A DNA stretch of 64,000 nucleotides, from positions 992,001 through 1,056,000 of the forward strand of contig OZ241877.1 of assembly GCA_965203095.1 (NCBI GenBank), written 5' to 3'. The position numbers and the translations under genes were made by a program. This document shows positions 1 through 9,701 of this stretch, piece by piece. Position 1 is the stretch's first letter. Every line of letters starts with the position of its first letter. Source of the stretch: Bdellovibrionales bacterium. Lineage in GTDB: Bacteria; Bdellovibrionota; Bdellovibrionia; Bdellovibrionales; UBA1609. Below the pieces are notes generated by a model. It saw nothing but the letters and a program-made list of their open reading frames with translations. It made no database searches and was not told the DNA's origin.

Positions 1-1
1 C

Positions 2-550
2 CTTAAAGAAGGAGGGATTATCATTCCTCGAAAAGGTCTTCAAGAGGTAAAAAAAATGCTGGCAGGGGCTGAAGATAAAGAAAAATTAGAAGTTTCTATT
101 GAAAAACCCAGAATACTCTTTAAATTCAAGAATCAGATGATCAATATTCGCTTGATTGAGGGGAAATATCCTGAATATAAAAAACTTTTGCCTAAAAAAC
201 AGGAAAAAGAAATACTTATATCCACAAAGGATTTTCTATCTTCTTTAAAAAGAATCTCTGTTTTAACAAGTGCTCGATTTAAAGGTGTAAAATTCACTTT
301 TAAAGATAATTTATTGAATATTCATTTTTCTCATCCCGATGGGGGGGATGAGGCTAAGGAACAGTTGGTTTGCAAATATGAAGGAAAAGAACTGGAAATT
401 CGTTTTAATTCCAAATACATTTTAGATATTTTACATTCTATTTATGAAGAGGAGTTAAAAATTATCTTAAAGAACAGTGTTTCACCAGGGCTTATTCAAC
501 CAAAAAACAAAAACAATTACACTTGTTTAGTGATGCCAATGAAGCTTTAA
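2..550 (+). CDS. dnaN: DNA polymerase III beta sliding clamp, 5'-truncated by the window edge
   Basis: Frame is open from base 2 (IIIPRKG...). Motifs RLIEGKYPEY, FNSKYILD and the C-terminal LVMPMKL are typical of the beta clamp. Confidence 0.95.
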   Translation, partial: LKEGGIIIPRKGLQEVKKMLAGAEDKEKLEVSIEKPRILFKFKNQMINIRLIEGKYPEYKKLLPKKQEKEILISTKDFLSSLKRISVLTSARFKGVKFTFKDNLLNIHFSHPDGGDEAKEQLVCKYEGKELEIRFNSKYILDILHSIYEEELKIILKNSVSPGLIQPKNKNNYTCLVMPMKL

Positions 551-580
551 TTTAAAATAAGCAAAAAATAAACAAACTTA

Positions 581-1597
581 CTATTTAAAATCAATCCTTG
601 GATCTATAACAATATAAGCAAAATCACTTACAATTCGTCCTAAAACAAAAATAAAGGATTGAATAAATATCAAAGCCATAATTACATTATAATCTCTGGC
701 TATAGCAGAGTTAAAAGCCAAAAGCCCAATCCCATTGATATTAAAAATTTTTTCTATAATTAAAGCTCCAGCCAAAAAAATCCCAAAAATACTACCTAAG
801 CCTGTAGCTAAAGGAACTAAAGCATTTCTTAAAGCATGTTTATATATTACAACTTTTTGCGATAGCCCCTTAGCACGAGCTGTTTTAATGTAATCTTTAC
901 CAATTTCCTCTAAAAGATTGTTTTTCATAAACTGTGTGAGAATGGTAAAAGCCCCTACAATATAACACAACATGGGCAATATAAAATGATGCAAACGATC
1001 TCCTATTCGCCCCCAGAAGCCTTTTTCAAAATACATATCAGAAAATAAATCACCAACAGGAAACCAATCCCATCGCCCCGCTAAAAAAACTTTGAGCAAT
1101 ATACCCAACATAAGAGGTGGGATAGAGTAAAGAATAATAAGAACAGTGCTGGCACCAACATCAAAAGCACTGGATTTTTTAACTGCCATGCTGACACCTA
1201 AGACAATACAGATTAAATAAGTGAGCAACAAGGATATAAAACCAAATTGCAGGCTAATCGGCACCCTTTCTAAAATGAGATGGACCACTGGTTCTTCATA
1301 GATAAAGCTATCTCCAAAATCTAAAGTGATGGCGTTTTTAAGCCATATCAAATATTGAATAGGGAGGGGTTTATCAAAGCCATACTGTTTTTTTAAAGCG
1401 GAAATGGCCTCCATAGAGATTCCATAATGGCTTGCAGAATTATTATCTTCTTCTACTCCTCCAGCAAATTTTATTTGAGCCAGTTTTTGCTCAATAGGCC
1501 CGCCCGGTGCGGTCATAGTTATAATAAAACAAGCCAAGGTGACACCAAACAATGTGGGCACAATTAAAAGCAATCTCTGGATAAAGTATTTGAACAT
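581..1597 (-). CDS. Oligopeptide ABC transporter permease (OppB/YejB family)
   Basis: N-terminal YFIQRLLLIVPTLFG, APGGP, EAA loop DYIKTARAKGLS and C-terminal IDPRI. Confidence 0.92.
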   Translation of the reverse strand: MFKYFIQRLLLIVPTLFGVTLACFIITMTAPGGPIEQKLAQIKFAGGVEEDNNSASHYGISMEAISALKKQYGFDKPLPIQYLIWLKNAITLDFGDSFIYEEPVVHLILERVPISLQFGFISLLLTYLICIVLGVSMAVKKSSAFDVGASTVLIILYSIPPLMLGILLKVFLAGRWDWFPVGDLFSDMYFEKGFWGRIGDRLHHFILPMLCYIVGAFTILTQFMKNNLLEEIGKDYIKTARAKGLSQKVVIYKHALRNALVPLATGLGSIFGIFLAGALIIEKIFNINGIGLLAFNSAIARDYNVIMALIFIQSFIFVLGRIVSDFAYIVIDPRIDFK

Positions 1598-1624
1598 CTG
1601 AAAAATTAAAGTTTTATGAAATAT

Positions 1625-2809
1625 TTATTTATAAAGCAAAAAATCTTTTCTCTCCTTTTTCCACAAGCCTTCCTCATGTGAAAGGAACTCATCCCACTCT
1701 TTATTAGTGAAGTCGCTTTCTACCCAGTTTTTTAATTCTTTTCCTCCACTAATAATATCAATAGGATCTTTTTTTTGTTCATATTCATAAGGAGGATCTG
1801 TTTTCCAAGAAAGAGAGGGATAAAACCTCTTAAAAGCCTTTAAAAAAAGGCTTATTAGACGATAAGGCCGAAAAAGACCCAAACTCGCCCATGGCCCTTC
1901 TGTATGAATTTGAAAACCAATACATTGCCTTTTCTTAAATTTATCAAAAAAAGGCTCAAAGGCCATCTCCCTTAAAAAACAACCCTCTAAAAATGAAGGG
2001 GATTGATCTTGCATGAATTGTTTAATTTTAGCTCCTTCAATAATGGGATGTCCAAAAAGCTCAAAGGGCTTGACTGTCCCTCGGCCCTCAGAAATGACAG
2101 TCCCCTCTAATAACACTGTCCCAGGGTAGCATTGGGCACAAGATAAACTGCTCATATTAGGGCTGGGAAGAGCCCAAGGTTCACCGGGTTTCCAAGGTTT
2201 TTGAGCTTTGTAATTTTTCATAGGGATCACTTGCAAATTGGTTTTTAAACTTTTCTTGTTTTTATGCCAGAGGGCCAGCTCCCCTAAGGTTAAACCATGC
2301 CTCATAGGAAGGGGTCCGGCCCCCACAAAGCTTTCAAAGCCTTTTCTTAAAATACTCCCCTCCACAACACGCCCCAAGGGGTTGGGGCGATCTAAAACAA
2401 TAATAGTTTTGTTTGTTTTTTCGCAATCCTCTATCAAGTAAAACAAGGTGCTCAGGTAAGTATAAACTCTTGTGCCCACATCTTGAAGATCAAAAAGTAA
2501 GACATCAAAAGAATTTTTCATCTCCTTATTTAATCTTCTGGTTTTTTCAGAATAAAGACTGTAAAGCTTTAAGCCTTTGTAAGAGCTGTTTTTTGTTGCT
2601 ATCATATTGGCTTGCTTGGTGGAAAAAAGGCCATGTTGAGGGCTAAAAAGAGAGCTTAAGACTATCTCTTTTTGCTTTAACAAGTGGGACAAGATCCATT
2701 GGCCCTTTTGATCTGTGCTGGCAGAATGCCCTAAATAGGCCACTTTTTTATTTTTTAAGCCTTTTTTCCATTGAGAATGGCTTAATAAAACCTCAGCACC
2801 AGTGAGCAT
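1625..2809 (-). CDS. Exo-beta-N-acetylmuramidase NamZ-like protein (DUF1343)
   Basis: Motifs FSPQHG, FDLQDVGTRVYTY, LDRPNP, RHGLTLGELA, PSPNM and SEGRGT. Confidence 0.9.
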   Translation of the reverse strand: MLTGAEVLLSHSQWKKGLKNKKVAYLGHSASTDQKGQWILSHLLKQKEIVLSSLFSPQHGLFSTKQANMIATKNSSYKGLKLYSLYSEKTRRLNKEMKNSFDVLLFDLQDVGTRVYTYLSTLFYLIEDCEKTNKTIIVLDRPNPLGRVVEGSILRKGFESFVGAGPLPMRHGLTLGELALWHKNKKSLKTNLQVIPMKNYKAQKPWKPGEPWALPSPNMSSLSCAQCYPGTVLLEGTVISEGRGTVKPFELFGHPIIEGAKIKQFMQDQSPSFLEGCFLREMAFEPFFDKFKKRQCIGFQIHTEGPWASLGLFRPYRLISLFLKAFKRFYPSLSWKTDPPYEYEQKKDPIDIISGGKELKNWVESDFTNKEWDEFLSHEEGLWKKERKDFLLYK

Positions 2810-2816
2810 GGGGCTG

Positions 2817-2845
2817 ATTATAACAGCCTAAAACCTCCCTTTCAA
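2817..2845 (-). promoter_or_regulatory. Sigma70-type promoter directly upstream of the start codon (leaderless arrangement)
   Basis: TTGAAA-N17-TATAAT, then 7 nt, then ATG of 1625..2809. Confidence 0.7.
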
Positions 2846-2944
2846 GCCTGTCTCTGTTTAAAAAAAGAGTCCAACTTTTTGCTTGACCCCTTTTCTTTTT
2901 CTATAATAAATAATAAAACTTAAGTTCATAAAAAAGGAGGCTTT

Positions 2945-3316
2945 ATGAAAAAAACAATTTATGGCTTGGCTGTTTTAATGTTGGCCTTAAGCCTTTTCTC
3001 TTGTGGAGACAGTAAGAAAAACGGAACCAGCGATCCAGAAAAGGAACCTGACGCGAGCCCAACAGCAGAGGAGCCTAAGGAGTCGGTTGCCTCACAAGTA
3101 AAAATTTTCTGCTCCTGCCAATATAGAATAAAAAAAACTGTTGGTGGAAGAGGTGCAAGCCCTGTCTCTCAAACAGCCCTTTCGGTTTCAGGAGAGGGAG
3201 CTGATGAGGAAACAGCAGAGAAATCCGCTTTAGACAAATGCCGTGCCTTGGTTAAAGAACGGTTTAAAAACGACTCAGGCTTTGTGACGGGTTGTTCTGT
3301 TCCAGAAGAGGAATAA
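2945..3316 (+). CDS. Hypothetical lipoprotein
   Basis: AGGAGG RBS, signal peptide with lipobox LFSC, low-complexity linker and a small Cys-containing domain. Confidence 0.75.
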   Translation: MKKTIYGLAVLMLALSLFSCGDSKKNGTSDPEKEPDASPTAEEPKESVASQVKIFCSCQYRIKKTVGGRGASPVSQTALSVSGEGADEETAEKSALDKCRALVKERFKNDSGFVTGCSVPEEE

Positions 3317-3814
3317 TTAAAGAAGGTCTTTTAAGTTTTTGTTGGATTTTAAAGATCTGATCTTTTGCTTTTTTTGAAACTGCTGAAGTTTTTTTCTAAG
3401 CAAAGGGTCTTGAATAGAGAGGATTCGAAGGGCTAAAAGCCCAGCATTGTAACTGTTGTCTATGGCCACAGTGGCTACAGGGACCCCCTTAGGCATTTGT
3501 GCTATAGACAGAAGAGAGTCCAGGCCTTTTAAGTTTTTTAAAGAGATAGGAACTCCAATCACTGGCAGAACTGTAAATGAGGCTATCATTCCCGGCAAGT
3601 GAGCGGCTCCTCCGGCCCCGGCAACAATCACCTGAATCCCACGATCCATAGCAGAAAGCGAGTATTCCCGCATAAAATCGGGCGTTCTATGAGCTGAAGC
3701 CACCCGCACCTCTACAGGCTCTTTCCAATCTTGAAACAGCTTGATGGCGGATTGCAGGACCTTCAAATCGGAAGGACTTCCCATCACTACAGATAATCTT
3801 TGTTTTTTAGGCAT
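3317..3814 (-). CDS. purE: N5-carboxyaminoimidazole ribonucleotide mutase
   Basis: [24 protein letters not shown] and [11 protein letters not shown]. Confidence 0.97.
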   Translation of the reverse strand: MPKKQRLSVVMGSPSDLKVLQSAIKLFQDWKEPVEVRVASAHRTPDFMREYSLSAMDRGIQVIVAGAGGAAHLPGMIASFTVLPVIGVPISLKNLKGLDSLLSIAQMPKGVPVATVAIDNSYNAGLLALRILSIQDPLLRKKLQQFQKKQKIRSLKSNKNLKDLL

Positions 3815-3937
3815 ACTTATATATTTGAATATTTACTTTAAAATTTCAATGTATTTATCCTGAAAAAGCTTTTATAATATTATGGTCACTTATGAAAAAG
3901 CGAGGAGCGGAAATAACCGGCCTAAAAGAGGGATAAA

Positions 3938-4624
3938 ATGAAAATCAGAGAATTTTTAAAAAATCAAAAGCTGTTTTGTTTGTTTGTTTTCTTTTTGAGC
4001 TTTTTTCTCTTTCCTGCATGGCCCCTTCCCACCTCAGAGAAGACGAAAGCACCTTTAGCAGAAACAGAGGCCAGCCCCTCTAAACAAGCCCTGCTCAATT
4101 TAGAAAAAATGGCTCAAACCAGCTCCCCTTCAGAGCTTCACAATATAGCCTTAAAACTTTTAAAGGACCGAAAAAAAAATCAAGCCACTCTTTTATTAAA
4201 ACGGAACAGCTATAAAAATCTTTTCCCCCTCTCTGTTTTGGCCCTTTGGCAGTTAAATGTCCCTGTTTTTTTCCCTGTTTTTTTATGGCATTTTGGTTTT
4301 CTCCTTATTACTTGTTTTTGCTGTTTTTCGCTATTTCTATCTATTAAAAAACTATCAACTGCTCGCTTAAAAACCATGGCCTTCGGCTTAAGCCTTTTGG
4401 CTCTATCCCTTTTTATTCACTCTGTTTTTTTAAAAAAAAGAGCAGAATCACTTCAGTTAGAGGAATTAAAATCAGCCCCCTTTTTGTCTGCCCCTACCCG
4501 GAGCCAGATTCAACCGGGGGAAGTGCTTGTGATTTTAGGACAAAACAAGAATTGGCTTAGAGTAGAGGGGAGGAGCAAAACAAAAGGCTGGATTCAAAAA
4601 CAAAAGGTTTTTCAAATTTTTTAA
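3938..4624 (+). CDS. Membrane protein with C-terminal SH3b-like domain (BatE-like)
   Basis: Signal peptide and transmembrane segments; C-terminal GEVLVILGQNKNWLRV...KGWI fits an SH3b pattern. Confidence 0.65.
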   Translation: MKIREFLKNQKLFCLFVFFLSFFLFPAWPLPTSEKTKAPLAETEASPSKQALLNLEKMAQTSSPSELHNIALKLLKDRKKNQATLLLKRNSYKNLFPLSVLALWQLNVPVFFPVFLWHFGFLLITCFCCFSLFLSIKKLSTARLKTMAFGLSLLALSLFIHSVFLKKRAESLQLEELKSAPFLSAPTRSQIQPGEVLVILGQNKNWLRVEGRSKTKGWIQKQKVFQIF

Positions 4625-4659
4625 ACTGTTTTATAGCTGAAATAAACAGGGCTTGAACA

Positions 4660-5163
4660 ATGCTGGAAATTTTTTTTGATAATTTTTTTAAAAAAGAAGA
4701 AGAGGGAGAACTTAAGCTCATTAAAAAGTGCCCTTTATTTTTTGATCTGAAAAAAAGAGAAATGGCTTTTTTAAGAGGGCTTTTGCACCAAAGGATTTAT
4801 GCTGATGGAGAAATTGTTTTTAAACCCTCTTCAGGAATGGGAATGTATATTATCCTTAAAGGCCGGGTTAATATTCTTCAAGGGAACCCCTCATCTCAAG
4901 AAGAGCCCTCATTAATATCCTCTTTAAAGGAAGGAGATTTTTTTGGAGAGCTGGCTTTAGTGAGCCAAGGGGCTTATCGCAACATGTTCGCTCAGTCAGC
5001 TTGCGATTCCAAGCTTTTAGGCTTTTTTCAGCCCGATCTTCAACTTGTTTTGGAGAATTATCCCTTAATGGGCATTAAAATTTTGAAAAAGATTTGTGAG
5101 ATTTTAAGTCAGAGGCTAAAAAAAGCGGAGCAAAAAATTTTACAAAACCACTCTTCTTCATGA
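4660..5163 (+). CDS. Stand-alone cyclic nucleotide-binding domain protein
   Basis: MYIILKGRV, GDFFGELAL and the following RNMFA phosphate-binding cassette; no HTH seen. Confidence 0.88.
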   Translation: MLEIFFDNFFKKEEEGELKLIKKCPLFFDLKKREMAFLRGLLHQRIYADGEIVFKPSSGMGMYIILKGRVNILQGNPSSQEEPSLISSLKEGDFFGELALVSQGAYRNMFAQSACDSKLLGFFQPDLQLVLENYPLMGIKILKKICEILSQRLKKAEQKILQNHSSS

Positions 5164-6218
5164 TATCTTCTATAGAAAAAAGCAGACGGATCCGCCGGTT
5201 AAATTTTTTTCGACTGATTTTTTTTCTTTTAATTTTTTCCTCTTTAGTAGCAGGCTTATTTGTAATTAAAGGTCTTTTTATTACTTTATTACTGGCTTTT
5301 ATTATCAGTTTTATCTTGTTGCCATTGGTCAATTGGCTGTGCCGGATAGGGCTTTCTCGATCACTATCCGTCCCCTTGGTGTTTTTTAGTTTTTTTGGAG
5401 GTTTGAGCACGGCTCTTTTTTGGTCTTTGCCTTTTCTCTCTAAGCAGTTTCGAACTTTGCAAGAGGAATTTCCCGCTTATATTGAGCAAATATCTGATTT
5501 GACAAGCCATTGGCAGAATCAACTGAAAAGCCATTTTTTCTTTCTAAAAGATATGAATTTGTCTGACCGCTTTGCTCAGCTTTTATCCTCTTTTGGCGGG
5601 GCTTTTTTACAAGATTTGCCCTCCACTTTGGCACAGTCCTTTACTGTTTTGTTGTTGGCCCCATTTTTTGCTTTTTTTATGATGAAAAGCCGTTTGGGCC
5701 TAACCAGAAACCTTTATCCTCTTGTGCCCAACCATGTTTTTGAGATGGTTTTGAGCCTCCACTATAAAATCAATAAACAGATTGGAATTTTTATTCGAGG
5801 GCGAATATTAGAAGCGGCTATTGTGGGGTTGATTGTAGGAACGGGCCTTGTGATATTAGATTTTCCTTTTGCCATTCTCTTAGGGCTTTTTGCCAGCTTA
5901 ACCAACCTTGTCCCTTATATTGGCCCTGTAATAGGAAGCTTGCCTGTTTTATTAGTGGCTTTGGTGAATGACTATGAGACCAGCCAAATTCTGCTTGTCA
6001 TGGGGCTGTTCTTTTTTACACAAATCATTGATTCTATGGTTTTAGTGCCTATTTTTTTAGCTCGCATAGTAAATCTTCATCCCCTCACCGTGATTGTGAT
6101 TATTATTGCCGGTGCTCAATTTATGGGAATTATTGGCATGATTATCAGCATTCCTTTAGTCAATGCTCTTAAAGTGTCAGTGATGGCTGTTTATCAGCAC
6201 ATTACAGAAAATATTTAA
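5160..6218 (+). CDS. AI-2E/PerM family transporter
   Basis: Multi-pass membrane protein with NLVPYIGP, LHPL and GIIGMIISIP motifs. Confidence 0.9.
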   Translation: MISSIEKSRRIRRLNFFRLIFFLLIFSSLVAGLFVIKGLFITLLLAFIISFILLPLVNWLCRIGLSRSLSVPLVFFSFFGGLSTALFWSLPFLSKQFRTLQEEFPAYIEQISDLTSHWQNQLKSHFFFLKDMNLSDRFAQLLSSFGGAFLQDLPSTLAQSFTVLLLAPFFAFFMMKSRLGLTRNLYPLVPNHVFEMVLSLHYKINKQIGIFIRGRILEAAIVGLIVGTGLVILDFPFAILLGLFASLTNLVPYIGPVIGSLPVLLVALVNDYETSQILLVMGLFFFTQIIDSMVLVPIFLARIVNLHPLTVIVIIIAGAQFMGIIGMIISIPLVNALKVSVMAVYQHITENI

Positions 6219-6273
6219 TTATGATTTTGTGGCTTGCAAGCTGGCACAAAGAATCAAAAAGGCCAGCACGAGC

Positions 6274-7275
6274 CTAAAACCCAATAGTTTTTTTGATTTC
6301 TTTTAAAAAGGGCTGAGCAGAGTTTCTGGCTTTCTCTGCCCCATTTTTAAAAAACCTTTCCAACTCTAAAGGTTGCCGAATGTATTGATCATAAAGGAGC
6401 TTTTTTTCTTTAAAATAATCCCTCAACTGCTCAAACAATCGGTTTTTAGCCTCCCCCCAACCAATGCCTTTAGCGTAAAGAGCCTTTAAAGATTGAACTT
6501 CTCTATCATCGGCAAAGTGTTTGAAGATTTGAAAAATCAAACAAGTTTTTGTATCCTTAGGGGCGTCCATTGGAACAGAGTTGGTTTTTATTTTTTTAAT
6601 CAGCTTATAGAGCGAGTTTGATTCTAAAAATAAGGGAATTTCATTATTATAACTTTTACTCATTTTTCTCCCGTCCCGTCCCGGCAAAACTTTATTTTCC
6701 CTAAAAAGGGCTTGAGGAATAGTCATAAGGCTTGTTTTATAAGTCCGATTGAATTTTTGAGCCATATCTCTAATCATTTCTAAATGCTGAGCCTGATCAG
6801 GCCCTACCGGCACTTGATCTGGGGAGAAAAGCAAAATGTCTGCCCCCATTAAAATAGGATAATTGTAAAGCCCCATATTGACTTTATCATCCAGATCTTT
6901 TTTTTCTGCCTGCTGATTTTGATCTTTTTTGGCTTTGTAAGAGTGTGCCCGATTCATTAAACCCTTAGGGGTAATACAGGACAAAATCCAACTCAATTCA
7001 AAAAGCTCAGGAATGTCCGATTGACGATAAAACACCACATCCTCTGGATCCAAGCCACAAGCCAGCCAAACCGCCGCCACCTTATAAACGGAATCTTTTA
7101 ATGCTTGAGGAGGGGGGGGTGAAGTTAAAGCATGGCTATCAGCCACAAACAGATAGGATTTTGTGTTTTGTTGTTTTGCTAACTGGAGAGAGGGGAGTAT
7201 CGCCCCCACAAAATTTCCAAGATGAGGAGAGCCTGTGGGCTTAATTCCCGTAAGAATTTTTTTTTGATCGGGCAT
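6274..7275 (-). CDS. trpS: Tryptophan--tRNA ligase
   Basis: TGIKPTGSPHLGN (HIGH), YPILMGADIL, VPVGPDQ and KMSKS. Confidence 0.97.
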   Translation of the reverse strand: MPDQKKILTGIKPTGSPHLGNFVGAILPSLQLAKQQNTKSYLFVADSHALTSPPPPQALKDSVYKVAAVWLACGLDPEDVVFYRQSDIPELFELSWILSCITPKGLMNRAHSYKAKKDQNQQAEKKDLDDKVNMGLYNYPILMGADILLFSPDQVPVGPDQAQHLEMIRDMAQKFNRTYKTSLMTIPQALFRENKVLPGRDGRKMSKSYNNEIPLFLESNSLYKLIKKIKTNSVPMDAPKDTKTCLIFQIFKHFADDREVQSLKALYAKGIGWGEAKNRLFEQLRDYFKEKKLLYDQYIRQPLELERFFKNGAEKARNSAQPFLKEIKKTIGF

Positions 7276-7354
7276 GCTTTTAAATCATGAACAAATTTTT
7301 AGAAAAGTCAAAAGCCTCTTTTATAAAGAATCTGATCAACAGCTCATTTACAGC

Positions 7355-8443
7355 TCAGTCAAAGAAGAGATCCTTAGGGTAAAGGGATTTTGAAATTTCA
7401 TTAAACAGCTCTTCTGTTAAGTTGGGAGAACAAATATTTAAGGGCTTGCTCCCTAAATGTTGGGACAGTTCTTTTAGCTTAGAGGAACGGTGAGACATAT
7501 TTTGAAACTTTAAACCGCAAAGAAGGGAGGAATTATCTTCAGCTGTCACAAGAATTAATTTGACTCTTTTTTCTGATCCAAAAAAAGACTTTAAATTTTG
7601 CTCTACATCCTTTGGTTTGATAGAATATTGCATATCACGGACAGTAAACAGAACATAAACAATTAAAGAATCCTCCCTAAAAAAAGCCTTACCTGGTTGA
7701 GAGCCCTCAGATTCTTTAGGAGGAGAATGCCCCCGGATCATAGAAAGGGCTACAGCCATAAAAGGATAAGAATCGAGAGCTTTTTGTTCTGGAGCATCAT
7801 AACTGCCAAAGTTTTTTAAGCGAAAAGTGTGATCAAAAACGGAATTGTAATTCTCAACGGCAGGTGACAACTCTGCAAAACCTCCTTGTTTTTTTATTTT
7901 TTTGCCTTTATATTCAAAAGGCAGAAAATCGCCATTGGCATAGCTCTTTTTTGATGACTCATCCCCTTCAAATAGGTTTATAACACAGTCACCCAAGCTA
8001 TCTAAGCCCCATCCCGCCATATTCACAGCCCCTGCCAGAATACCTAAAGGGAAAAGGATAATCCCACTTAACAGATTGCAACCTCCTTCCTCTTTGCCTC
8101 CCCCGCCTTCCACCTCTTGTTGGCCTATTTTTTTCATGTCAACAGACATGTCTGTCCAGCCCAACTTCCAATCATAAATATTGAGACGGTTTGGAAAATC
8201 AGGACCAAGGATGGGCTTTTGATAAAAAGCCTCCATACCGTGGCCGGTATCCATTATAAAAACCATATCTAATTTTTCACTTAAGAAAATATCTCTAAAT
8301 TCTTTTTGAAAAGATCGGGAGTTAAAAGATTCCGAATCTTCTAAGCCTGGCTCTGAGGACGAAAGCACAGCATACTGCAAGGGTTGGCAGGCCGGCAAAA
8401 ACAACAAAAGAAGATAAAAATGTTTAAGAAAAATGAACTGCAT
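7355..8443 (-). CDS. Lipoprotein with degenerate vWA-like domain (Bdellovibrio-type), paralog of 57332..58492
   Basis: Lipobox LPAC; LDMVFIMDT...M strand, DWKLGWTD, FFREDS and C-terminal NICS are shared with the paralog. Confidence 0.6.
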   Translation of the reverse strand: MQFIFLKHFYLLLLFLPACQPLQYAVLSSSEPGLEDSESFNSRSFQKEFRDIFLSEKLDMVFIMDTGHGMEAFYQKPILGPDFPNRLNIYDWKLGWTDMSVDMKKIGQQEVEGGGGKEEGGCNLLSGIILFPLGILAGAVNMAGWGLDSLGDCVINLFEGDESSKKSYANGDFLPFEYKGKKIKKQGGFAELSPAVENYNSVFDHTFRLKNFGSYDAPEQKALDSYPFMAVALSMIRGHSPPKESEGSQPGKAFFREDSLIVYVLFTVRDMQYSIKPKDVEQNLKSFFGSEKRVKLILVTAEDNSSLLCGLKFQNMSHRSSKLKELSQHLGSKPLNICSPNLTEELFNEISKSLYPKDLFFD

Positions 8444-8468
8444 TACAAAATCTCCAGTCTCAAAGGCT

Positions 8469-8496
8469 AAATCGGCAAATCTGGTCTTTAATCTTA
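8469..8496 (-). promoter_or_regulatory. Putative sigma28 (FliA) promoter
   Basis: TAAG-N16-GCCGATTT upstream of 7355..8443. Confidence 0.5.
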
Positions 8497-8632
8497 AAAA
8501 ATCTTAAAATACAAGCCTTTAGTCTTAAGACTTTGGACAAAAAACCAATAAGTGGCTTTTTAGTGAGTAATGAGGGCCCAAGGGAGTTGGATTCTCACTC
8601 AAAGAAGGCTGGGCTTTAAACAAGACTAAAGT

Positions 8633-9643
8633 TCAGATGGAATCAGATATTTCGACCTTAATCCTTTGTTTTTGAAAATTCAGCCAGGAATCTAAAAATC
8701 GGACAGACTTATCAAAAAATCTTTGGTTTAAAAGTTTTTCTATTTTTTGCTCTTGCGGAGACATATTTTCTTTTTTAAATGACAGGACTTGGATAATATA
8801 AATTTTGTTGTTTTGCCTCAACCACCGGGGAATAAGACCTTTTGAGGGCAGATGATGGATAAGGGCCTCCATAAGATTTTGATTTTGGACTATAGGATTT
8901 CTAAAGGCCGGAGCTATAGAAAAGGGAGCGGGCTCTTCCCACTGAATCTGTTTTTCTTTTAAAAACTCATTGATTTTTTTTAAATTTCCTTTTTGAACTA
9001 AAGGCTTTAAGCTCTCTTCCTCTGCTTTTTCCGTTGGAATCGGAGCATAACGGATACGGGTTTTGTAGCTCTGCCTCTCTTTTTGCTTTTTTTTCTCTAT
9101 TTTGTTGGAAAAGATCGCCTTTTCAGAGAGATCTATCCAGTTTTTAACTAACTTGTCTTTACGGATCAGATTCTCAAACCGTGAGACTTTTAGCCTTTGA
9201 CTTTTTAAAATGTTGAGGTATTTAGAATATAAAAACTGCCCATCTTTTTGAAAATCAGGGAAAGCTCGGATCTCTTCGATAAGTTCTTTTTTACCAATGA
9301 AAAAGCCGTTTTTTTGAGCCCCTTGGTCAATCAGGCTGGAGCTTATAAACTGTTGGATCGCTTGTTTTCGAATCTCTTTTTTTATCTGTGCATGTTTTTC
9401 ACCCTCTGCCTTTTCTAAAAAGTTTTGTCGCCGGTTCAAATGCTCTTCAATTCGCCGGATGTCCCCAGCTCGGATGGGCACCTTACCCACATAGCCCAAA
9501 ATACTTTCCCCCGCGAATCTTGAGCCTACAGGGGCTAAAAAAACAAATACCAAACAGATGGTTCCGAAGATGATATAAGAAAATAGTTTTTTTAAGGACC
9601 CCTCTTTTCGAGAGCGACCCGGCCTTCGCCATTTTTCAAACAT
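8633..9643 (-). CDS. SurA N-terminal domain / PpiD-like periplasmic chaperone
   Basis: N-terminal membrane anchor IIFGTICLVFVF and PDFQKDGQF..KY, as in the PpiD N-terminal domain. Confidence 0.75.
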   Translation of the reverse strand: MFEKWRRPGRSRKEGSLKKLFSYIIFGTICLVFVFLAPVGSRFAGESILGYVGKVPIRAGDIRRIEEHLNRRQNFLEKAEGEKHAQIKKEIRKQAIQQFISSSLIDQGAQKNGFFIGKKELIEEIRAFPDFQKDGQFLYSKYLNILKSQRLKVSRFENLIRKDKLVKNWIDLSEKAIFSNKIEKKKQKERQSYKTRIRYAPIPTEKAEEESLKPLVQKGNLKKINEFLKEKQIQWEEPAPFSIAPAFRNPIVQNQNLMEALIHHLPSKGLIPRWLRQNNKIYIIQVLSFKKENMSPQEQKIEKLLNQRFFDKSVRFLDSWLNFQKQRIKVEISDSI

Positions 9644-9701
9644 AAAAAATCCTTAAACGATTATTGGAATAAAAGCATTTCTCTGCTAACTTGTCAAGAG
9701 C

